Shown in pieces: positions 54,688 to 64,000 of a DNA stretch of 64,000 bases. Origin of the DNA: Octopus vulgaris (taxonomy: Eukaryota); contig OX597835.1 of the NCBI GenBank assembly GCA_951406725.2, forward strand, positions 45,074,001 through 45,138,000, given 5' to 3'. The notes under the pieces are model-generated. The model searched no databases and was not told the origin of the DNA. It saw nothing but the letters and a program-made list of their open reading frames with translations. The stretch's first letter is position 1. Every line of letters begins with the position of its first letter. The position numbers were made by a program, and so were the translations under genes.

Positions 54688-54887
54688 ACACACAAACCCA
54701 CACATGCTATAGGCCAGCGGGTTTAGGATCTGAAGAAACGGTATAAAGCTTAGCGCTTTATAGAAGCAAAACCCAGGGAGACCCCTAGACTGGGCATATA
54801 TATCTTTATATATTCTACTGTTCTATAACTTAGAGCGTACTTCTTTTTCAGATATATCATTCACTGACGATATATATATATATATAT

Positions 54888-55875
54888 AGGCCAACAGAAG
54901 AAAGAGTGAGAGAAAGTTGTGGCGAAAGAGTACAGCAGGGATCACCACCACCCCCTGCCGGAGCCCCGAGGAGCTTTGGGTGTTTTCGCTCAATAAACAC
55001 ACACAACGCCCGGTCTGGGAATCGAAACCGCGATCCTACGACCGCGAGTCCGCTGCCCTAATCACTAGGCCATATAGGTATATATATATATACTCTTTCT
55101 CACGTTTCAGTCAAATGCCTACACCCATCTTGGAGCACCACCTTAGTCGAAGGGATCGATCCGAGGACTTATTCTTTGTAAGCCTGGAACACATTCTATC
55201 GCTGCCTTCTGCCGAAGCGCTAAGTTTCGGTGACATAAACACACCCTCATTGGTTGTGAAGTGAGGATGGAGGGACAAACTCAAACACAATAACACACAC
55301 ACACGTAATTATATATACATATATGTGGCTGTGTGGTAAATAGCTTGCTAACCAACCACATGGTTCCGGGTTCAGTCCCACTGCGTGACATCTTGGGCAA
55401 GTGTCTTCTGCTATAGCCCCGGGCAGACCAATGCCTTGTGAGTGGATTTGGTAGACGGAAACTGAAAGAAGCCTGTTGTGTATATGTATATATATATGTA
55501 TATGTATGTGTGTGTTTGTGTGTCTGTGTTTGTCCCCCTAGCATTGCTTGACAACCGATACTGGTGTGTTTACGTCCCCGTCACCCAGCGGTTCCGCAAA
55601 AGAGACCGATAGAATAAGTACTGGGGTCGATTTGCTCGACTAAAGGCGGTGCTCCAGCATGGCCTCAGTCAAATGACTGAAACAAGTAAAAGAGTAAAAG
55701 AGTATATATGTATATAAACGACGGGATTTTTTCAGTTTCCATCTAACAAATCTACTCATAGTGATTTGCTTGGCCCGATGCTATAGTAGAAGAAATCTGC
55801 CCAAGGTGCCACGCAGTGTGACTGAACCCGGAATCATGTGGTTGGGAAGCAAGGTTCTAACAACACAGCCACGTC
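54888..55875. mobile_element. SINE cluster: family B head (-) 54888-55074, family A tail (-) about 55092-55290, family A (+) 55325-55703, family A head (-) about 55716-55875
   Basis: Homology to the copies above. Confidence 0.88.
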
Positions 55876-56574
55876 TGTGCGTATGTGTCACACATAGGTT
55901 TGAGTCTATCGCATACCTATTTGACGAAGCTGCCTTCTAACGTAATCGATCTTGAAACGGCATTATTTCACAGCAAACGTCTTAATCACATCTGTATACC
56001 TGCATGCCTATTGCGTTTTCAGCTCTGATAGTTATTTGCGATAAACAGGAAAAAGAGAATATAGTACAAAAGAAACAACGAATGGAAGAAGAGCAGAATA
56101 AAATAACTCCTTTTGAAACTCAAACAGGTGCAAATAAAAAGTACGCAAACAAGTAAAATACTATAATATTCTCCACAATTTCGAAAAGCTTTGTGTTGAA
56201 GGCAAAAAAAAAAGTAATATTTGAGAAGGAAATCTTAGTAAAGTGCTAATCATGTGTTTTAAAGGCATCGTAATTCTGGAGATAGGAAATGCAAAGATGT
56301 GTACTCAGAATAATCACTGAAATCAAATTAGTTTTGTAAATGAAAGCGAGTGAATAACGGTCGAGTATTATTAAGATACATACGGAAGCAATGCAAGAAA
56401 CTGAGAAAAAGAAGAATGAAATACGGGGGTACAATAGAGGCAAAAATATTTCCATCAAAGATATCACATGCTTAAATACATAATACAAAGTAAGTGTATA
56501 AACGAGGATGTATTTATAAGTGAGTGTGTGACTGTGCAGGTATGTATATATTTACGAATCTTGCATGTGTATAT

Positions 56575-57780
56575 ATATATGAAAGAAGGTTTCAAAATGC
56601 AATTTTAAAGATGTTTATTCACTTGACCGGTTTCAATTTTTTAGAAAAAGATTGTCAAAAGTAAAATGTACAGCTTTGTATAAGCTTTGTTGTTTGAAGT
56701 ACTGGTTGTCACAAAAGTATTAAAATACCTATATACATTCTTTGATAATAATAATAATAAGAAGAAGAAAATGTTAAAAACAGTTTACAAGGAAATATCT
56801 GACAAAATATTAGACAAAAAGTACAATAAAAATATTAGTTCATTAAAATTCATGTTTGTTGGGAAGTATCTTATACATACACAGAAAAGTATTAGGACTT
56901 AAAAAAAAGTCATATTTGGTAGTATATATATATATATACACAGAAGGAGATATATGTAGGAGTTTACAAAGAAGTTGCGATGAAACCACCTGTTTTAGCA
57001 TCTTTATTTTATGTGAAGCTAAGGGTTGTTTGCCATTTTAAGGGACAGTGTGGGAGGTTGGTTGGGGTGTGGAAGGAAGAGCAATGTGGAATTGAAAGGA
57101 TTGTTTTGTTTCACGGCTAGTCTTTCATAGTTCAGTGGTTTGGGGGACTGGTCTCAGAGGTCAGAATGGTGTGAGTGTGTGTGTCACAGTGTACGTCTCT
57201 ATGTGTGTGAGTGTGTATATATAAGTGTTTGTGTTTTGTGTGTAGGCCGTTTTTGTGGTGTATGTAAATATGTCTGTGTGTGTTTTATATTTGGTAGGAT
57301 GGTGTGTGTATATGTGTGCACGTTTGTATGTGTGTATGTGTGAGATTTATATTTGTTAGGTTGTTGTGTGTGCGCAAGTGTGTGTATGTGTTTGTTCGCG
57401 TGTATGTGTGCGCCGTGGGTACGTGTGTATGCTTATGTGTTTTTTGTATTGGTGGGGATATCATGGGGATATTATAATTGTCCTAACTAATATTTTTATA
57501 GAACTTTGTGTATAATATTTTCAGATACTTCCTTGTAAACTGTTTTTAACATTTTCTTATTATCATTATCAAAGAATGTATATATGCACTTTAATACTTT
57601 TGTGACAACCAGTGGTTAACACAACAAAGCTTATATGAAGATTTACATTTTACTTTTGACAATCTTTTTCTAAAAATGTGAAACCGGTCAAGTGAATAAA
57701 AATCTTTAAAATTGCATTCTCAGACCGTCTTTCATATATATTTCCACTCCTGCGGTACCTTACAAACTTCACTTTGTTAT
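56575..57780. mobile_element. Inverted PLE-type terminal repeats (about 265-bp diverged arms, about 650-bp spacer), each with a U3-A8 hammerhead
   Basis: Arms about 56575-56839 and 57487-57741; HHR actt-TTGACAA-...-GAAA-ccgg-TC-aagt at 57652-57693(+) and 56621-56662(-). Confidence 0.82.
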
Positions 57781-57792
57781 ATATATATATAA

Positions 57793-57970
57793 AAGGACAC
57801 GAAAAAAAAAAAACACATCGAAGACAATGAGAAACGAAACCATAAAAACAAAACCAAGGAAAAGGACATATTTTTTTAAACAACGAAAAAACAGAGTACA
57901 AGACATACAACACAAGGAAAATTCCCTTTCTTCAGCCGCCTCCGTTTTGTCTACTCCATGTTTCGAAGGT
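57793..57970 (-). mobile_element. PLE-type tail with truncated permuted motif (GAAA...CTGAAGA), abutting a family B-like SINE at 57968-58200(+)
   Basis: Minus strand: ccttc-GAAA-catggagtagacaaaacggaggcgg-CTGAAGA-aaggg. Confidence 0.7.
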
Positions 57971-58200
57971 GGGTTCAAATCTCAGATCGGGCGACGAGTG
58001 TGTGTTTATGAGCGAAAAATCTAAGCTCGACGCGGCTACAGTAGAAGGTAATGGCAAACTTCTGATGACTCTATCGCCACAACTTTCTCTCACTCTTTCC
58101 TCCTGCATCTTGCAGGTCACATGCGAGGTACCGGCGTCCCAGGATACCGGGAAACCGGCCTTATGAGCCAGGCGTGGCTCGAAAAGGAGCAGGCAAAATT

Positions 58201-58296
<96 letters not shown>

Positions 58297-58330
58297 TAGA
58301 TAGATAGATATATGTATATACATATACATA

Positions 58331-58364
<34 letters not shown>

Positions 58365-59146
58365 CATATACATGTATATACATATACATGTATATATATA
58401 TATATATATACATATATATACATATATACATATATGTATATATATATATATGTATATACACATATATACATATATACATATACATCCATATATATACATA
58501 CATATATGAATATATACATGTATATATATACATATATGTATATATATATATGTATATACACATATATACATATATATATATATATATATACATGTATATA
58601 TACATATATATACATATATACATATATATATATGTACATACATACATACATATATATATGTGTGTGTGTGTATATATACATATACATACCTATAAGGAAT
58701 GCCTATCGATGCGTGTAATTAATTTGGATATAAAATTATGCTCCACGATTGTTCAGTTCTTACACAATTTTCATATTAATCAGCGGATGTCATCGAGCTG
58801 CGACGCTGGGTTTAAGGAAAAAAAAATCTAATTGTAGCATCGATTTCTCTTCCAAATAATTTTAGTCCTAGGATTCTAATTATGATATAATCGATACGTT
58901 GCGCTGGTGGCGCATATTTTCACAGGAAGCCTTCATTTATAATATACGATGTGTATATATGTATGTATGTATGTATGTATATATGTATGTATGCAATGAT
59001 GCAAGCCAGAGAATTATTTTGTAACATTATCTAACGGCTTTTCACAGATTTTAGAAGGAATTGACAAAATAGGTGTCATCTTTCCATCAGATGCAGAAAG
59101 TTTGCTCATTCAGGCTCCACTAACAAATGCAAGGAAAGAATTATAG

Positions 59147-59225
<79 letters not shown>

Positions 59226-59639
59226 ATATATATATATATATATATATGTATGCATATATATATATGATGAAGCTAAAAATAAAGCGATATTCGACGCCAG
59301 CAAACTTGGTAAGAAAACTAACAATATGCTCAAATGAAGTGTCATTTCGTTTGCATTCTCCCTAATCTGCACAACCCTACGGAGCGGCCATGCTCCCTTA
59401 GCAATTAAGACCAATAGAAAAGGAAATATTCTGAAACGAGGAAAACATAATACACACTTGACACCTAGATGATATATTAGTAAAAACGGTTATTTTATAT
59501 AAAGGTGAGGAGCCAAAAAGAAACTTAGAAAGGAACTGTAGTAAAATTTATTATCAAAGTGATATAATGAAGAAGATGTTTCTAGATATACACTTCGATA
59601 TAAAAATATTCGTTCTGAACCACACTAGAGAAACGAAGA

Positions 59640-59957
59640 AACACATATATCTGTGCTATACACGAGACACTAAAGAAACGATCAGTATACACTAATAAAA
59701 TGATGAACCATGTATCTACACGGAGGCAATGAATGTTCACACTATCAAAGGTTGCCAATGATAAAAGTCACTCCACAGAAGAGCGTTTACAATCTCATCC
59801 TCGGAATTCAATTAATTAGCAACGGATGCTCTAATAGACACCTAGACCAAGCTATTAAGGAATTCAAGCGGAAGTACAATACTACAAATATATCAGATAA
59901 TACACTTAATAACCATACATAAGACCTATTATATGAACCAAATGTTACGATCGTGCA
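59640..59957 (+). pseudogene. Decayed Penelope-like RT thumb remnant
   Basis: ..GNECSHYQR..; LISNGCSNRHLDQAIKEF resembles the PLE L..NGY....I...I motif. Confidence 0.45.
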
Positions 59958-60559
59958 TCACGTATTAATTTATTTGTCGCGGTCAAATCTTGACCTTTAC
60001 AGTATGTTACAATGTTTATGTCAGTATTTTCTTGTCTCTCGTTCGGTGTGTATTGGCGCGTAAATTTTGGCATTGCATTGCGATATGCATATACACCCCA
60101 TTGTTATTTTCCTATGTTTGTGTAGAATCATATACATTATTTGAGTATTCTCCTCTGAATAAGTAATATGCAGTGCATATCATGTGTCTAATTAATTTAT
60201 ATAAATAGGTTCGTCTGATCGTTGGAGCACAAATGCTAATGAATTATCATGGTTCAACAATAAACAAAGGAGGTCATCGAGTACTAATATTAATTTTGAA
60301 CGGAGGAGAATTCTCTCTCTCTTTCTCTCTCCGTCTCCCTGGCTTTGCTTCTCCCTCTCGCCTTCATTACTGAGACTCCAGTAGTTTATGACAGTGGCGG
60401 GGATGTGAGGGTGTTATATTCACGGCAATTAAAACTACTTTTATCCCATATGGTTGTATAATCTGTCCCATTCACATTCTCTATGTTTACATTTGTCTTT
60501 TTATCTTTCTCCATCTCTGTTTCTCTCTCTCTCTCTTAAAGACATAGATGGATGTGTGT

Positions 60560-60846
60560 ATTTATTCTTTCTCCTTTAAATGGTTTCAGTCAGTTGACGG
60601 CGTCCACGCTGGAGCACCGCTCTTAGTAGAAGAAATCGACCTCAGGACTTATTCTTTCGAAGCTTAGTACTTATTTGATCGGTCTCTTTGGTGAACCGTT
60701 GGTTTACGGGGACGTAAATACACCAGCATCGGGTGTCAAGCGATTCTGGACACACATACACACACAGAAACAGACACAAGCACATACACATACAGAAACA
60801 GACATAGACACACACACCTGTTTCGGTGCGTGGCTCTTGGCCCACC

Positions 60847-60892
<46 letters not shown>

Positions 60893-61320
60893 GTGTGTGT
60901 CGTGCGGTCGTACAAGTGTGTATTGTAATACAATCAAATGAAAAAAAAGGAGTGATTATTGTACTCTAACGCAACGTAGTTCAATACTACAAATATATCA
61001 GATAATACACTTAATAACCATACATAATACCTATTATATGAACCAAATGTTAGGATCGTGCAAAAATATTAACATAAGATGAGAGAAAATACTTGTATTT
61101 CAGCGAAGCAAACAATTTACGAGAGATATAATGACAAAACACAGTTAGGAGAAACACGTAAAAAAGTGGCTGTGAGGTCAGAAGCTTGATTCCCAACCAC
61201 ATGTTTCCGGGTTCAGATCCAATGTGTGGCACATTGGACATGTGTCTTTCACTATATCCTCGGGCCGATCAAAGCCTTGTGAGTGGATTTGGTTGACGGA
61301 AACTGAAAGAATCCCGTCGT
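60560..61320. mobile_element. Family A SINE fragments: tail (-) about 60560-60800 and head (+) about 61165-61320
   Basis: Homology to family A. Confidence 0.8.
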
Positions 61321-61368
61321 TTATGATATACATACATACATACATACATACATACATACATACATACA

Positions 61369-61404
<36 letters not shown>

Positions 61405-61499
61405 TATGTATATATTGAAAACAACACAAATCATATTAAAATTCCTTTACAGATAAGGGAGGCTAGCCTTATTTAAGCCCATTTTTTTCATTCTAGAGG

Positions 61500-61800
61500 T
61501 ATTTCAAGGTTCTTTAAAGATAGTACCACATACAATTTGACTGTTACTAGGAAAACGGTTTGGTTTGTTATTCCGTATGGAAAACAAATTAAATCTAATC
61601 TTTCTTTGCAGTTCCATGAATTGGTTGGTAAGAACTTTCCAAAAAATTCTATATATTATTCAATTATTAATTCTCATATAGTTAGAGTTGCCTTCTCCAA
61701 CACAAAGAATCTTTCACAAATTATATCTTCTTATAATATCAGTCTGCTAAATAAAAGTTCATTTTCTGAGAGTTCCAACATTAATTTTGTTAATACCAGC
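61500..61800 (+). pseudogene. Penelope-like element ORF remnant (thumb-to-endonuclease linker)
   Basis: RKTVWFVIPYGKQIKSNLSLQFHELVGKNFP..IINSHIVRVAFSNTKNLSQIISSYN resembles PLE WF.PPY...F..L..K.FP....I.N...V.VSYS...N...II..HN. Confidence 0.6.
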
Positions 61801-61810
61801 CCTTCACATA

Positions 61811-62052
<242 letters not shown>

Positions 62053-62054
<2 letters not shown>

Positions 62055-62452
62055 CGTGAAAACCAAAGACATCCCCATTTGAAGAGGAATATTCCAGTGA
62101 GACACTATCTCTCCACTCCTTTTCTGCTTGGCACTGTCACCTCTATCTGATATGCTAAATAGAACTGGATGCGGATACAAATGTTACGGCAAAACAATCA
62201 ACCACCTTTTATATATGGATGACCTAAAACTATACGCTGCAAATGACAAACAGCTGGAAACACTATTAAAGACAGTTCACGGGTTTACCAAAGAAATAGA
62301 TATGAAATTTGGATTAGAAAAATGCGCCAAAGTAACCCTGAAAAGAGAAAAACTAGTTAAGAGTAGCAACATCACACCAGATAAAGCCAATGAAATAAGA
62401 GAATTAGACCAAAGCCAAACTTGCAAGTATTTAGGAATCCATGAACTAGATG
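62053..62452 (+). pseudogene. R4/Dong-clade reverse transcriptase fragment
   Basis: RGIFQ*DTISPLLFCLAL, HLLYMDDLKLYA, MKFGLEKCA, KYLG; abuts (TAA)n. Confidence 0.85.
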
Positions 62453-62468
62453 TGTGTGTGTGTGTGTA

Positions 62469-63749
62469 TTGGGTTGTCCGGAAAATTCGTGCCGATTTTT
62501 AAAGGAAAGAAAAAGGTCAATAAATACTTGCCATTACATTTTCAATCAACCAAATATGAACCATTTTGTTGCACAATGCGTCTCCATCTTTCCTTTAACT
62601 GGAAAATACCCCCTTCCCAGAATCGAGGTGGTTTCAAAGAATTCATCAAAGTATCCTTTTACGTCATCCAAGGAATTGAAATTTTTACCGTTAAGACTAT
62701 TTTGCAGAGAACCGAATAAGGGGAAATCCGAAAGAGCAATATCTGGTGAATATGGATGGTGGGGTAAGACATCCCAGCCAAGCTGCAGCAATTTGGTCCC
62801 AGTCTGGTTCCCAAAGAAACGTGCGGTCTTGCATTTTCATGTTGGAAAACAACACCCTTCTTGTTGGCCAATTCTGAACGTTTCTCTTGAATTGCTGCTT
62901 TTAACTTGTCCTGTTGTGTGCAGTATTTCTCAGAATGAATTGTCTGGTTACTTGGGAGAAGCTCTTAGTACAGAATTCCTTTCAAATCCCACCAGACACA
63001 AAGCAAGACTTTTTTAGGGTTAAGACCCGCTTTTGGGGTGGCTAAGGGTGGCTCATGTCACTTACTCCAGGATCGATTTCTCTGAACATTTCGGTAGATA
63101 ATCCATTTCTTATCACCTGTCAGAATTTGCTTTAAAACAAGGCGCCTTTTCATTTCGTTTATAAAGCGAATCACAGAGCGAAATGCGACCCAAAAGGTTC
63201 TTCTCACTTAACTCATGTGGTACCTAAACATCGTAGCGATTTGTGTAACCAAGCTTTACCAGTTGCTCATGGACGACGGATTTTGATAGGTTGAGGCTTT
63301 CTGCCAATTGTCGTGTTGTCCAATGTGGGTTATTCCCAATGACTTGATTTGGTCTTCATCTGTAGTGGATGCTCTGCTTTATCGCTCTTTAGCAATAAGG
63401 CTACAATCACCAGCTCGGAACCTTGCGAACCCCTTTCGTACAGTTCTTTCGATAAAAGAAACATCACCGTAAACTAGGCATATTTCTTTGCTTGCCTGTG
63501 AGGCATTTTCCCTTTACGGAAAAAGAAAAAGCATCAAGTGCCGAAAATGAACTTTCTTATCTTCCATTTTAAAGGGTTCAAGAATTAAAAGAGATTATAG
63601 GAACATAAACTTTCTTCCGCGAAAAGATAGCTTAAACTGTACTCTAAATAAATGTCTACTCAAATACTATTCTATGGATCTAACTATGTTCTAAAATAAG
63701 TCAAAAGGTAAGCTACTATAACTCGGCACGAACTTTCCGTACAACCCAA
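62469..63749 (-). mobile_element. Full-length (1281 bp) degenerate mariner transposon with TA TSD
   Basis: TIRs ttgggttgtccggaaaattcgtgccga / tcggcacgaactttccgtacaacccaa; transposase pseudogene 63567-62542 (MEDKKVHFRH.., FQHENARPH, HHPYSPDIALSDF). Confidence 0.93.
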
Positions 63750-63754
63750 TATAT

Positions 63755-63793
<39 letters not shown>

Positions 63794-63796
<3 letters not shown>

Positions 63797-64000
63797 TCTC
63801 TATATATAAACGGCAGTTTGTCTGTCTGTGTCTCTGTGTGTCTGTCAGGTTGTACCTTCACCCTAACCACGGCTTTCAACCGATTCTGATGAAACTTGAC
63901 ACACACATAGCCCAATGTCATAATTCAAAACTAACGCAGCGAAAATTTTGAAAAGTGTCCCCCTAGGTCTGAAAAAAAATCGATAAGTTCGACATGGGTC
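63794..64000 (+). mobile_element. 5' end of a probable non-autonomous Helitron (cut by window edge)
   Basis: TC start after A, tatatataaa, (TGTC)-like tract and ccgattctgatgaaactt; same layout as the 5' end of 35388-35782. Confidence 0.6.

Noticed and set aside
63880-63900. CTGATGAAAC as a hammerhead core
   Set aside because: No stem II between the motifs; part of the Helitron-like 5' region

Overview
Eukaryotic, AT-rich, repeat-saturated DNA with no recognisable host gene. The SINE repertoire and the density of (TA)n/(TATG)n/(TATC)n microsatellites point to a cephalopod (Octopus-like) intergenic or intronic region; this is an inference. Contents: many tRNA-derived SINEs of three families, a degenerate near-full-length Tx1/L1-clade LINE (about 8.9-15.1 kb), two ORF1-only Tx1-like elements that both sit inside the tRNA head of the same SINE family (one complete, with a TSD), two full-length dead mariners, two non-autonomous Helitrons, and RTE, CR1-like, R4/Dong and Penelope-like (PLE) remnants. 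The most striking signal is non-coding. Many short insertions in (TA)n tracts, often fold-back (inverted) duplications, carry hammerhead-ribozyme (HHR) motifs. Three 3-8 core covariants occur: CTGAnGA, TTGAnAA and GTGAACA. A recurrent motif also places the three HHR core segments in a non-circularly permuted order (UH, then GAAA, then CUGAnGA), with covarying stems and fixed spacing across unrelated repeat families. This is a candidate pseudoknotted HHR topology. All structures were folded by eye and none is tested.
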